Shown: one piece after another, positions 12,299 through 24,855 of the stretch
Position numbering within the stretch: the first letter of the stretch is position 1
Layout of the letters: the number at the start of each line of letters is the position of its first letter
DNA from: Geosiphon pyriformis uo1
Lineage: Eukaryota; Fungi; Glomeromycota
NCBI GenBank assembly: GCA_016748015.1
Contig: JAAOMT010000651.1
Span: forward strand, 37,482 to 69,698
DNA length: 32,217 bases
Reading direction: 5' to 3'
Notes under the pieces: generated by a model
What the model was told of the DNA's origin: nothing
The model's database searches: none
What the model saw: only the letters and a program-made list of their open reading frames with translations
Translations under genes and position numbers: made by a program

Positions 12299-15200
12299 CT
12301 AATTGAATATAGAAAGTTGTCATGTGCAATATTAGAGATATAAACAATCCTGCAAAACAAAAGAATATTATTCATTCACAAAAATACAAACAATTTAATT
12401 TTAATTGTTACTAAAACAAAATTAAAGAAAAAGATTTGTCTATAGATTGCTGATAAGTTTGATGGTGTTTGTGTGTTTGTTTCTAGTTTAGACTCTGGTT
12501 ATTTGGGTTTTGGTATTGCGATTATTATAAATGTTGTCTTAGTATAATATGTATATAAGATTTCTGAGATTTCTGATCACTTTTTTTCTGTCAATTTGCT
12601 TTTTAAAAATAGACTTTCTGTTTTAATTCTGGGGCTGTATGCTAGTGCAACACTGGTTGTATGTTTATCTCAGACTAATAAAGTCAATTCTTTAATTGCA
12701 AAGACTGTAAATAAGTTCTTTTTTGTCATTTTGGATGGTAATCTTAATAAAAATAACTTCTGCAAATGTGCTAGTTTTAAAAGATACCTTAGTTTGGGGT
12801 TGGTTAATTTATTGGTCAGAAGCTCAACTGCAAAAATATTGACTTGAAAAAATTCTAAGAGTAATATGAAGACAATTAACTATGTGTTTGTTTTTTTAAA
12901 CTTAATTAATACAGTAATAGATTATAATATTGTAAACATTAGAGATTATTTTACACTGATTATTAGGCTATTTCTATTTCTGTAGATTTAGGTAATTTGT
13001 TAGATATGCAGCTAAATCTTCTGTGCAAGCAAGTGAATAAAAATTGTTGAATATTTAACATTAAAAATGCTGATAAAAAAAAAAATAAGTTCAAAGATGC
13101 TATAATGACTAATGCAGTATTGTTATTTAATAAGGTTGTTATATCCAAGAGATTTTCGAATCTGAATTTAATGTAAAATACTGTTCACAAAACAATATGT
13201 CTTTTAGCCAATGAAATTTTTAAGAAAAAATGATTTAAAAACTTTGATAGTGTTTTTATAAAAGATTTTTCTAGGTTTTATAAGTTAGAAATTTTGGTTT
13301 CAAAAATTGTAAAGTCTTTATAAATAGGTCTCAATGGCAAGTTTACTTTCTTGATAAGTTATTGGGCATCTTTAAACAATAATAAGGCTTTGATTATTTA
13401 AGTTCTATTAGATTTAAGTGCTGATTTTGATCATATAAGATCTGTTTTTTATGGCACAAGGAAGTTATACTGTGCCTGTAAACTTGCTAAGTTTTTAAGA
13501 GCTGAGGAGATAAATATTAGATCTGCTATCAACAAAAAAATAGAAAGCTTTACTGTTGTTACTGGGTAAAAGCTACGAATTTGTAACTTCTTAGCAATAA
13601 CAATAACTTTCACCTGGAACACACAATACTATAATTATACTACTGACTATAGCATATTATGGGTGTATGGACTATTTCAGTAGGTGGGAGAGCAAAAGAG
13701 GTACATAATAAAGTCATTAAAAGTGAAAGAAAGTATTGTCATTATTATTTGTTTTTTGGCAAGAACCAGTTTTAGGTATTTGAAAAGAGGAAAAAAAAAG
13801 TCACATCTCTTTATATGTATTAAAAGTGCAACCAGCAACAAGGAGAAACCAAAACTACTTAAGAAAATTGTAACCAAAATTTTTTTAATTAGTCATCGAA
13901 AGGGTGTGGTGTTCAAATGCCCACTTTAAAAATGAAGTTATAAGAATTATAAAAGAAATTATGAAAGTCAAACATAACTGAAATAGATTTTGCTTAAACT
14001 TTTTATTGTTGAGACCACTCTCTAACAATGTAATACTTTATTACTTATTTTTAGATTTAACAACTTGTTCAGTAAAACAAAACTTAATGTGAAATGGTGA
14101 TAACACATGATTTGAAAGATCTGAAGTAATAGAAAGCTTGATGATTTTGTTAACAAGTAAGTAAGAAGTTCTAAATAACGTAATTCCAAATGGTGATAAA
14201 GAATATGGAAAGACATACTTGAGATTGTGATAATAAGTATTTAGAGCATAGAAAAAGGGGAGAGAAAGTGTAAGGAGTAGAGAAAAGGACTAACTGCTTA
14301 CTATAAAACTATAGCAAAGAGTTGGTTCAGTATTGAACTGATACTTTCTTGAGCTAACAGAGTGGCTGTATATATAGCTAAATTACATCAAATCTACATA
14401 TTATATTAGAACTATTTAAAATACATCAATTATTTATATACATTTAATTAATTTATTTATGATAAGCTTACTCAGTCTGTTATTTATCCAAGAGCTAGTA
14501 ATTTAAATGATCAGATTTAGATGACTGAATTTAGAACATTGATTGTAAATCAATGATACCAATTGTAATTATGATCAACATAATTAGAAGTAGATCAATT
14601 GATTACATTTCTTGGTAACTACTTTTAACCATTGATCACAGATCTGGAATGTTAAATTGTTCCAATAAGGGCATATGAGAATTTTGGAGCATAACAAAAC
14701 CTGTTGTTATCTGATTACATGCATCCATTTCCATTGGTGTTTTTTAGTTTGCCAAGATTTTTTTGTATCCAACTTAGTTAAACTGTTGGATTGTGCTATA
14801 TTTCTTTGTTGTAATTGGATTGATTGCTGATCATTTATTTCCAGATTGCCAGCTGATTTTGTTGATTAAGTGCAATGATGTAGGTTTTTTCGCATGATTT
14901 TGATGTTAATTTTCATTGTATGTGTTGTAATTTTTGCATTGAAAAGTGTGAAAATCTTCCAGTAATACTGTTAATAAGGGCCATATAATCAGAAGTATAT
15001 TGGAGTGTTTTTTTTATAAAATAGTATTGAATCATTTAATCACTAATAGCAATTTGATTCTGAATCCTGTTGAAATTAAATCTAAAGTTGACACTATTAT
15101 GAAGAGTTGAACAAGAAAGAAAAAAGTGTTGAATAATATTTTCAATTTGTAATATTATTAATATCTGTCTTTGGTTTATGTTAATAATATTGTATTCTCT

Positions 15201-18200
15201 GATATTATAAATATTATTAGTTATAATAACTTAGTGTGTATAATCAAAAACCTACTTGATAAAAAGACTGTTAGTTTGTCTAGTATTACAAATAAACTAT
15301 AAAGACATTGTGATAGTTTGATATTCATTATGCTTTTGAACTTTTTGAATCTTTGTTTAGTACATAAATCTGTACTTCAATCTTAGAAAAAAGCTTAAGT
15401 GTTAATAATTTCTAAGCCATATAAGTGGAAGAGTGTTCTGACTAATACTAAAAGAATTGCATTGATTAAGACTACTTAAAAAATTCTATTCAAGTTACTT
15501 TCCAATAGAATCTCTTTGATTTATAGTAAATTTGATATTCTTTGTAATGACAATTTTTCTGTGTTAAAAGATATTACCATTCAGTCTCTTATTTTTGTCA
15601 TTGGTTTAATAATTAAAAATGTTTTGAAAAAAGACTGTAAACTTTAATTAGTCTTATAAAATATGTGGAAGGCTTATAACTCTGTAAATTGGTATCTTCT
15701 AAGAAATAGTTTGGTTAAGATTAAAATGTGCAAATAATTTATTGGAAAAATTTATAATTATAGGATTAATTAAATTATGATTAATTATGGTTTGACAAAT
15801 GAGTACTATATACATAATAGTCTAAACTAGAGTAAAATTTTTTCTTTTCTGTTCTAAAAGATTTTTTATAATCTTCTCTTATATAAAGTCAAATGGCAGG
15901 AAAGTTTGTGTAACTATTATATTGATACTAGATTTGTTGTCAAGACTGACAAATTGGAGAGTCAGGATAAGCTAACTTTATTTTTAGCAGTTGGTATTTT
16001 TATTAATGACACAATTTAGATTAAGAATATTTAGACAGCTACTCAATATATTCTAAACATTGTAAATAGTTTTTTATAATCAATGATATTTTAATTAATA
16101 TTAATAAGACAGTAGCCATCTCTATTAACCAAAAAGTAGGAATGTTTTGTTATTAATTAGTGGTTTGCCAATTTCAATTGCATAAAAAGAAGAGTCTTAT
16201 AAGTATCTTGATATTTTTTTGTCTTTTAAAGGTTTGTTTAAACCCAGTTTGGCAAAGACTCATTTAGATATCAGGTTTTTTGTTAATTTGGTTCTAAAAA
16301 AGGCTATTTTAGACAAACAGTTTTTTATTTGGTCTCAGTTGTGTTATAGTCTATAATCAGTTATAGAACTCAGTTTAATTTTATTTTTAAGAGTGTATAT
16401 ATTAAGTAAAATACACTAATAAGAAAAAATTTGAAAATAAAAGCTGATTTACTAAAAAACTTTTTTAACAAGGCTTTTTATCATCCATTATTGTATAGTT
16501 TGAAATCATTTGAACAATTACAAGCTGAGAGTAAAATGGTTTTTGTGTTGAATTTTTTAAATACTGGTAGAATTTTTAGTTGTCTGTTTAATTATAAGTT
16601 TTTAGACCTATAAGTTTTAAGTTGATTTCTTATTTACTTTTTACATTACTCTATAAAGCTAAAAATCAGTTCAGTTAATAATTTTTTAGTTGGTGTAGTG
16701 AGAATATTTTTGGATTGTGATATGTTACTTAACAACAATTTTTTGTCTATATTCCATTTTTTGGGTAATATTCAAATGTTTTATGTTCTGGATAATTCAA
16801 GGTTTTATGATATTTTACGTTTATTTATGAAGTTTAAAGTTGTGTTTGTTGACTAATTATATGATAAAAAAGAGTTGGTCTTTAATTAAAAGATTTTTTG
16901 TCATTGAAAAAGGCTTAATTCAAGAGGTCTAATCTTTAGCTGTTTCAAATTAACATGTAATTTTTTAATTAGGTTTGCATTTCTTTTTTCTATTGGGTTA
17001 TCTGATTTTGGCTTTCAATTTTTGAACATTTGCAATTCTAATAGCATTTTTGGAATGATGCAGTATATTTCTAATGTAAATTTGGATGTTATTAGTATCT
17101 ATATAGATGGGTTTTTGAAAAATTTGGGTATTCATAAGATAAAATATAGTGCAGCTGCATTTTTTTAACTTAAATATAAGGGTTGGTATTAATATTAGTA
17201 GATTGGTTTCTTTTACAATAATAAAATTGGAGACAATTGTTTTGGCTTTGAAGTGTATTCCTGTTAATAGTTCTGTTATAGTGTATTTAAATAGTCAGAC
17301 AGCTTTGTATATTTTGCTGTAAAGTTGGATTTGGTTTTGCCAGATTTTTGCAATTGTTGCTAAATAAAAAGGCAAAGTATTGTGAATTTTATTAGAGATA
17401 AGGGACTTAATATTTTTTAGTGCAAGGTTAAAAGACATTCGAGTATTTTGGACAATAAATATGCTGATAAGCTGGCTAGTTTGATTGCTGATTCAAATTT
17501 GGTACTTCTTGTTTTTGTCAGAGAAAAATTTATTAGAGCTGATAAGGTGATAGTGTCTGGAAATATTCATTATTTTACTTGTGGAGTTTTTAGAGCTGTT
17601 TATTGTGCTTGTTAGAAGATCAAATCTGGATCTGGTATTATTGACAAAAACTTGGTTGATGATATGGACTGAGTTTGTACTGTTTTGGTTTGGTATCTTG
17701 ATTTGTATATAATAGCTGGTTTCACAAATAAGTCTACAACTGGTTTGTATTCATATTTTATAAAGGCTTTGTACTGTTGCCTGTTGGTTACTGTTCAGAA
17801 GTGTTTATATTATAAGGAGTATCTTAATGTATTGTGTCTTTATTGTGAAGAAATAGAAAGTTTTAATCATTTTTTTGTGTATATAATAGACTCTAAGGTT
17901 TGTAAAAACTTGCTTAGGTTGCTTTTGATTCAGTAGAATGTTATGTTAAGTTTGAGTCTACTATTATCTTGGGTTTTACATATGCTTTTTTTGTGTATTT
18001 TTGATGATGTTATGTATACTGTATTGTGTAAAGATTTTTTATTCAAAGAATAATACTTGAAGACTATATCTATTTTTGATGATGTTAAGATTGTCAGTAA
18101 AAAAGTTGTGAATTTTGTGCAAAGTTTAAGAGCAGCTTACTATACTGAAATTTAGATGGTGAGGGCTAAATACAGAGAATTTATAAAAAGAAAAAGCCTG

Positions 18201-18377
18201 ATTAAACATGATGGTTTTGTGCTTCCTAAAGTTCATAATCTGCTGTCTTTGCTTTCTATTAGAGTTGTTAAGTTGCTTAAGATTGTTAAAGTACATAGTT
18301 TTAGCTTTGGTTTTTGTGGATTTTGCTGTTTATTTTCTGGTATTAATACTGTAATATCTGTTAAAATAGATTTATAG
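12295..18377 (+). pseudogene. LINE ORF2: AP endonuclease, reverse transcriptase, RNase H and C-terminal Zn finger, decayed
   Basis: APE remnants CNIRDIN, IVTKTKL, ILGLYA, ILDGNLN, TINYVF and TDY. RT remnants RIALIK, NMWKAYNSVNW, LN*SKIFSFLF and IFINDTI (FVDD). RNase H remnants IYIDGFL and KVKRHSSILDNKYADKLA. Zn finger CLYCEEIESFNH. The start overlaps the ORF1 stop (ATGA>ATAA at 12295-12298). Confidence 0.85.
13557..14967. mobile_element. 1411-bp insertion in LINE ORF2, most likely a solo LTR of a second family
   Basis: Inverted termini TGTTACTGG…CCAGTAATA and a perfect 4-bp TSD CTGT (13553-13556 / 14968-14971). Removing it restores the ORF2 frame ESFTV-NKGHIIRS. Confidence 0.88.
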
Positions 18378-18721
18378 TGTTGTTTTAATCAGTTTAAGTA
18401 ACTGGTTATGTATAAAAAATACATAATTAATATTTAGTTTAGATTATTTAATTTGATATATTATGCTAAGTAGTATTACTGGAAGTTTTTGGTCTTTTTT
18501 TTTGGATGTTGTTAATATTAGTTTGATGTAAATTTATGTTATTTGGAAGTAATAAAACCTCTAATAACTGAATTTATCTTTAAATTATCTCCTATAATTT
18601 GAATTAATGGGCTTATAAGTGGAATAGCCAATTTCTTGCCAGTTACTTTATGTAATTATGTTGTAATAAAGATCAATTTTTTCTTACAAATTGCTCATTT
18701 GGAAGCTTACTAAAATGTGTA

Positions 18722-18744
18722 CAATAAACTCTCTTTATAATTAC
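18722..18744 (+). repeat. Left TIR of the pogo-like element
   Basis: caataaactctctttataattac follows TA. An inverted copy of its core (gtgactatagagaga) lies at ~18768-18782. Confidence 0.7.
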
Positions 18745-18862
18745 ACTTTTTGGTCAGCATATTTGTGGTGACTATAGAGAGATAGAACTATAAAAAATGA
18801 TTAATATTTTATTATATAATCTATATATCACATGTATAATATAATAACCAATTATATATATT

Positions 18863-19569
18863 TTATTTAAAAAAGCTATCTATTTGCAACTGTTTTTTTT
18901 CTTCTTGAACTTTGAGAACAATATTATGAATTAATGTTCTCAAAGTTTTAAAAAAGTCTGAATCAACTTTTTTACTATATTGTTCTTTACAATAGTGCAA
19001 TATATCTTCAAGTGCAGTTTTACCTTGATATGTAGATAGCAAAGGCAAAGACTTATCTTCATTTTCACTTTCTAAATCTTCATTTGCATTAAAATTTCCA
19101 CTATACTTGTTGTTAATAAGATTCACAATTTTATTTTTTGAGATATAAGTAAATAATGGTTCAAACTTGTCAATATTAATGAAGTCTATTGCCAATAGCT
19201 TATTAATATCAATGTGTTCAATAAAAACTTGTACTTCTTGTAGGAGTTCTTGTTTAATATCTAATAGATGGGCTGACATTTGACTATTATTCAAAACTAC
19301 AATTTGAAAAAATTTGACCATTTCACTCGTGTCCTAATCAATGCATTTGCCATTAAAGTAGCAATAACCTATTTAATTTATTGCCCCAGAATTTCTTACA
19401 TTAGCCACTTTTTGATACAATTTGACAACTTGATCTGCATTCTGATTGATGCATTTGCCATTAAAGTAGCAATGTTCTAATCAAGTCATTGCTTCAGAAT
19501 TTTCTGCATTACTTGCCTTTTGATACAATTTAATAGCTTGATCCATGTTCTGATTGACACTTTTACTAT
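18863..19569 (-). pseudogene. 3' half of the chimeric ORF: ~3 Sel1-like repeats fused in frame to a pogo/CENP-B-like transposase C-terminal tail
   Basis: 108-bp periodicity (gcatttgccattaaagtagcaat at 19343 and 19451). Translation QAIKLYQKASNAENSEAMT*LEHCYFNGKCINQNADQVVKLYQKVANVRNSGAIN*IGYCYFNG runs into ORF 19321..18863 (DFINID…acidic tract…ALEDILHY…QLQIDSFF). Confidence 0.8.
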
Positions 19570-20453
19570 TGTTACAGGTGATTATTTCTGCTGTTGAATT
19601 AAATAACAAATCTGTAACTTGGTGCTCAAAAGCTACTTCCGTTGAGGCTGTTCTAAAGGTGCTGTATCTGAAGGTTTTGATGGATCTAAAGGTTTTGGTT
19701 GAGTATTTTGTATAATAGACAGAGATTCAATAGTGTCAATAGTGGATATATTTTCCAAGAGTTTTCCCAATTTCTTTCTCAGCGTGGTGGCCGAATTTAG
19801 TCTGGCAGTCATGCCCTTCTGATAAGCTATCCGATAATATATAAAATCCTACCTGTATTTCTGGGTCTTTTACCAGGCTATTCTTGATGTCAATAACTCA
19901 GCGTTTAATCTTTTATCAATTAGTATATAACAACAAATCAAAATAAAATAAATAAAAGAAATAAAAGAAAAATAAAAAAAGTAAAAAAATAAGCCAAAGC
20001 GATTTACAGATTAGTATCCCGTCAATAGCCATGATCAAGAGCTATTGTTCTAGCATGATTAAGTATTAATTACTATCAACATGAAGGGTTGATAGTGGGG
20101 AGTGGATTTAAAATATGAAGTAATTATTTATTTAATGATTGTGTTTCTAGGTTTAAGGATTCTGTGGTATCGATTCTGTCTTTTCTGATTTTAACACTAC
20201 TGCTATATATACATAATTGAGATTTCTCAATTCCTCGATTCTTCACGACAGAAATCCTGGAATTCCTGGAATTCTGCAATTCCTTTGAGAGGAATCCTGG
20301 AATTCTGAAATCTTGCAATTCTTCATTGAAAATCCTGAAATTTCTGGAATCCTGCAATTTCTAAGAGAAATCCTGGAATTCCACATTTACTACGCTTATT
20401 TTTGATTGGCTAATAATTATGCTAATATATTTCTTATATTTCTATGAGTAACA
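19570..20453 (-). repeat. 3' LTR (884 bp)
   Basis: TGTTACA…GTAACA termini; ungapped ~92% match to 28857..29740. Confidence 0.97.
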
Positions 20454-20468
20454 TTATTTCTTTCTTTT
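20454..20468 (-). other. Polypurine tract
   Basis: AAAAGAAAGAAATAA on the minus strand immediately 5' of the 3' LTR. Confidence 0.65.
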
Positions 20469-21126
20469 AATATTGAGCTCCGTCAAAATTTAACTCATGT
20501 AATTCCCTCTCTTGAAATATTTCCTGGATTTCGATTTCAAGAATTACTTGTATTATTTGGGTCTGTAATTCTTCAAATTGAGAATTGGTGATTTTTTCCA
20601 ATTGATTACTGGTAACCAGATCCATTGCTCTGTTGAGCAATATTTCTGATTTATCTTGAAATGCTGTGTGTATTCGGTATATGGTTCGGGCTTGTGTAGA
20701 TAAGTTGTTCTTTTCCACAAAATATTCTAATTGTTGTAGTACTCTTTGGTCGAATAATTGCTTTGTTTTATCCATATATAGATTCTGGATATTTACGTGT
20801 TGTCCCAAGTAAAAATAACAATAGTTTCGTGGAAATTGTTGTATCCATCAATTCCAAGTTTTTTTAGTCAACTCTTGATATAGTGACTCTTTTGTCGATT
20901 CTTTTATTGTTAATTTTACTTTTGCTATGATTTTGTCCACAGTATTTTCAGTTTTCTTCTGTGTTCTGAGTTGAAAGGTCTTTCTAATGTCTTGATATCA
21001 AATGGTTTATTGATTGATTATAATCTCCATTTCCTGGTGTTGGATTAATTGAAAGAGTTGTTGTGCTAATGAGTGAATGTTGTCTGTAATTTCCATTTTT
21101 CTGATATTTCCTATTGTGTCTACCAT
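20467..21126 (-). pseudogene. Additional ~219-codon ORF3 (or integrase C-terminal extension) of unknown function
   Basis: ATG 21126 (MVDTIGNIRKMEITDNIHSLAQQLFQLIQ…) is in frame with ORF 20808..20467. It has three internal stops and is in the same frame as pol. Confidence 0.65.
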
Positions 21127-21150
21127 GTCTTTATATATTCTTTTGATGGA

Positions 21151-22533
21151 TCAATTTAACGTGTTGTTGTCGATAATAACTATTGGTTCCCGATCTCGTA
21201 AAATCTCATCTGGTTGGATTAGTATTCTCTGTACTCCTAATTGTGGAATATTACTGGTAGATGGTAGTGTGATGTTGTAATATGGTTTCAGTCAATCTCT
21301 ATGTGCTGCTTTGGTTAAAATTTTGTTATCCAATCTTAATTTGTAAGCTCTATTTCCTAGAATTTCTTCTATGTGAAATGGTCTGTTCCATTTGGGGTCA
21401 AATTTTCCACTCCATTGTTTTTTCACTTTGGTATGATGTAGTAATATTTTGTCTCTGATCTTAAATTCAACTGGTTTGTCTGGTAGTTGACTATTGTGTC
21501 TTTCTTTCTGTGTTTCTTGTGATTTTTGGATATTATCAGCTGCTCTTCTTCATTTGTTTTCCAATGTTTCTATTAAGTCATATGTTTTTCTCAGCAATGT
21601 TTCTTGAAAATTTTCCTCTGTTATTGGTTCAGCTGGATATGTATTAATTTCTCTCTCTATTGGTAACGTTGCTATTCTTTTATATACTAATTCAAATAGT
21701 GTTGCTTGTGTAGTATCTTGTTTCGTTGTCCGATAAGCAAATAGTACTGATGGTATGAACAAATCCCAATCATTCTGGTTTTCTTGGCTGAGCTTGGCTA
21801 TTGTTTCACACAATGTTCTGTTGAATCTTTCTACTAATCTGTTGGTTTATGGATGATATGGTAATGATAATGATCTCTTAATTCCGAATCTTTGGCTCAA
21901 TTCTGTTAATGTTCTGTTTACAAAATGAGTTCCTTGGTCTGATAATAATTCTTTTGGACATCCATGTCGACAAATTAAATCCTGATGAACAAATTTGGCA
22001 ACGAATTCTGCATCCGCTTTTTGAATTGCTTTCATCTCTGGCCATTTAGTAAAATAGTCTATAGCTATTGCTATGTATCTGTTTCTTCTGCTGGTGATTG
22101 TTAATGGTCCTACTAAATCAATTCTCATGCAGTCAAATGATTGTCTCACTTTGATTGGTCTTAATGGTTTACTGGGTCTTGTTCCTCCTCTTCGCTGACA
22201 AGCATCACAATTTTGAACATATTGAATGATGTCTGGGTACATTGATGGCCAATAGTATCTTTTTCTAATTCTTTCCATGGTTGCTTCTTTGTGAAAATGT
22301 CCTGCTGTTGGATTTGAGTGCATGTTGAATAATATTGTCTCTTTTTCTGGCTCCGTAATTACTCTGGTTGGTTGATCTGGATCTCTTCTATTTTTCCGAT
22401 AAAGTATATTTTGGTAGGTAATGAAATATTTTGATTGGTGTTTAATACTCCTTCATTCTGTATGTGATAAATTCTCCTTGAACTGTTGAGTGTTTAGATA
22501 ATGTTGCAATTGTTGATATTTTTGTATGTTCAT
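21151..22533 (-). pseudogene. Gypsy integrase
   Basis: HHCC zinc domain (HSNPTAGH…CDACQR), IDLVGPL, IDYFTKWPE, LSDQGTHF, PYHP, and GPF/Y-like KFDPKWNRPF. No chromodomain seen. Confidence 0.95.
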
Positions 22534-22596
22534 CTTTTGTTGTATTTTTCTGTTGGTATTGTTCTGGTTTTATTATATTTTTGGGTTGAAATGTTC

Positions 22597-23960
22597 TTAG
22601 ATTTGTCTTATCTGCAATAAACCGTCAGCATTTCCATTGTTTTTTCCCTTTTTGTAATGTATAGTATAATTGTATGGTGCGAGTGCTATTTTCCATCTTG
22701 ACTGTTTTCCATCTCCAAATTCTTGTTTTTGAAGTGATGTTAATCCCTTGTGATCTGTGTATACTTCAAACTTCTGGCTCAAGTATTCTTTCCATTTCAT
22801 GACAGCCCAGTATATTGCTAAGTGTTCTTGTTCTGGTGTTCCATAGTTCTTTTCGGCTGGTGTTAAACCTCTGCTGGCATATGCTACTGGATGTTCTCTG
22901 CCATCTGGTCTTCTCTGAGATAATACTGCTCCCAATGCTTGGCCAGATGCATCGGTGGTGATGATAAATGGTTTGCTGTAATCTGAATAGATTAGTACTG
23001 GAGCTTGGATAAGCTTTTTCCTCAGAATATCAAAAGCTTCTTGTTGACTTTCTGTCCATTCATATTTTGCATTTTTGTTTTGCAGTTGATTAAGTGGCTG
23101 CACTATTTTGGAAAAGTTCTTGATAAAACAACGATAGTAGTTGGCAAATCCCAAGAATGATTTCAGTTCTATTATATTGGTCAGCACTAGAAAGTTTTTT
23201 ACTATCTCTATTTTTTCTGGATCCGTTTTGATGCCATCTTTGCTGACTATATGTCCCAAGAATTTGAGTTCTGTTTTACCAAAGAAGCACTTTGTTACAT
23301 TTAACTTTAGTCCTGCTCTTCTTAGTCTTTCAAACACTTGTTGAAGATGATGAAAATGGTCATCAAATGTCTTTAAGAATACATTGGTGTCATCCAAGTA
23401 TACAACTACTGATTTTCACAATAAACCAGTATAAACAATTTTCATTAGCCATTGAAAAGTTGCTGGGGCATTGGTTAAGCCAAATGGCATTACTTCAAAT
23501 TCAAAATTCCCTTCTCTAGTAGTAAATGCCGTCTTCTCCTTGTCAGCTGGATTCATGGCTACTTGCCAGTAACCACTGTCCAAATCTAATGTGGAGAACT
23601 ATTTGTTCCCACCGAAAGCATCGAATAATTCCTGTATTTATGGAGTTGGATAACTGTCTCCACAAGTTACACCATTGAGTTTCTTGTAGTCTATACAAAA
23701 CCAGATTTTTCTATTTTTTTTACAGACGAGTACCACTGGTAATGACCATGGACTCATTGATGGTTGAATTAGCCCATTGTCAAGCATTCTGTTTATCTCT
23801 TGACGAATAATCTCATGGCTGGCTAGTGGCACTCTATATGCTTTTTGTTTGATTGGCATTGCATCTTCAGTCTTGATCTGATGCTGGATGATATTAGTTT
23901 GGCCAAACTCATTTTCACTGGCAAAGATGTCATTAAAATTGTTGAGTAACATCTTGAGCT
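22597..23960 (-). pseudogene. Gypsy reverse transcriptase and RNase H
   Basis: [76 protein letters not shown] and YTDHKGL. Confidence 0.97.
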
Positions 23961-24429
23961 GTATACATTGGAGTGAATCTAAGTTTCTCATGTTCATTTG
24001 TTCCAATTGTTCTGGTTGGAGCAAATAATATTTGTCTCGTCCATAGATTGTTTGTAATGTGATGTCAACATATTTACAAAGTTGTAAAAAGTCTGGAATG
24101 GGGTTTGGTGGTTGGTCTTTTATTTCTGTGGTTAAATATCCGATGGTAGTTCCTTCTGGTATGTTGATGACATTGCCAGTGTTGTTGTAGATGGGAATTT
24201 TTGTGCTGCTATAGCTTTTGGCTGATATGTGGAGATTGATCAACCCAATCTCTTCTGATTCACAAAGGGTTGCTTCCACTTCAAAAATCTGTTCTTGCTC
24301 CTTTTTTTTCCTTTCTATTGTTAACATGTACTGGCTATATGATGGAATGGAAATAGCTTGACCAGTTGAGATAATTTCTCCTTGGCCAATAATTTCTTCC
24401 TCCGCCATATTAACTGGTACCTCTATTCT

Positions 24430-24855
24430 ACCCGTTGATCCAAATCCTTGTATTCCTCTCGCTGTTATTCCCAATTCCTCTCTCTTTCCTACTGACACTA
24501 ACTGAGCTACTCTAATCAGAAACAGGAATATTGCCTGTGCTATTTTTTCATTGGGCTCTATTATATAGGCTTTTTCTGAGTTATTTTGTAGCATGGTGAT
24601 GATATTTTCTATATATCCCGCATTAATTATTCCTCCTCTTATATTGATCCCTCTTTTCACTAAACTATTCCTAGATGCTAATTGAACCATTGTTGTTGCC
24701 GGAATTTCTAGTGCTATTTTCAGATCAATGCAGGTGCATGAATGCAGTTCTAATTTGATGGCCTCTTTTTCTGGATATCTCAGATCAAACCCTGCATCTG
24801 TGTCATGTGTACATTCTGGCATAATACCTTCCCCATTGTCACTATACCATTTCAA
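24430..24855 (-). pseudogene. dUTPase domain within the Gypsy polyprotein
   Basis: Trimeric dUTPase motifs AGFDL, ASRNSL, GGIINAGYIENI, EKIAQAI and RGIQGFGSTG. Confidence 0.93.

Larger units (their letters stand above)
10403..18420 (+). mobile_element. Near full-length, inactivated LINE (APE-RT-RNase H type), interrupted by a solo LTR. 5' UTR and exact 3' end not resolved
   Basis: Collinear ORF1 and ORF2 remnants (next two features), followed by a short A-rich 3' end near 18411-18420. Confidence 0.88.

Noticed and set aside
10708-13148. Minus-strand ORFs 10708..10983, 11023..11373 and 12963..13148
   Set aside because: Antisense shadows of LINE ORF1/ORF2 with no motifs of their own.
13677-14216. 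Small ORFs inside the 1.4-kb insertion
   Set aside because: No recognisable domains; consistent with non-coding LTR sequence.
18430-18719. Possible decayed coding frame that continues at 30948 onward across the pogo empty site (…NFYSKVTTHFSKLPNEQF…)
   Set aside because: Multiple stops and no recognisable motif; cannot be supported without a TBLASTX search.
19340-19569. Regularly spaced repeats superficially resembling a CRISPR array (also 30064-30465)
   Set aside because: The whole unit is repeated with no unique spacers, the 108-bp unit encodes Sel1 repeats, and the context is eukaryotic with no cas genes.
20124-20357. LTR-internal ORF and its twin at 29411..29671 (QNSRNSRI repeats)
   Set aside because: Non-ATG starts, and the open frame is a by-product of the stop-poor GGAATTC array.
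20250-20382. Heat-shock elements in the LTR array
   Set aside because: Spacing is mostly GAATTC or TTCnnnGAA rather than three contiguous alternating nGAAn units.
20467-21300. env gene or chromodomain after integrase
   Set aside because: No signal peptide, TM helix or chromodomain aromatic motif is visible.
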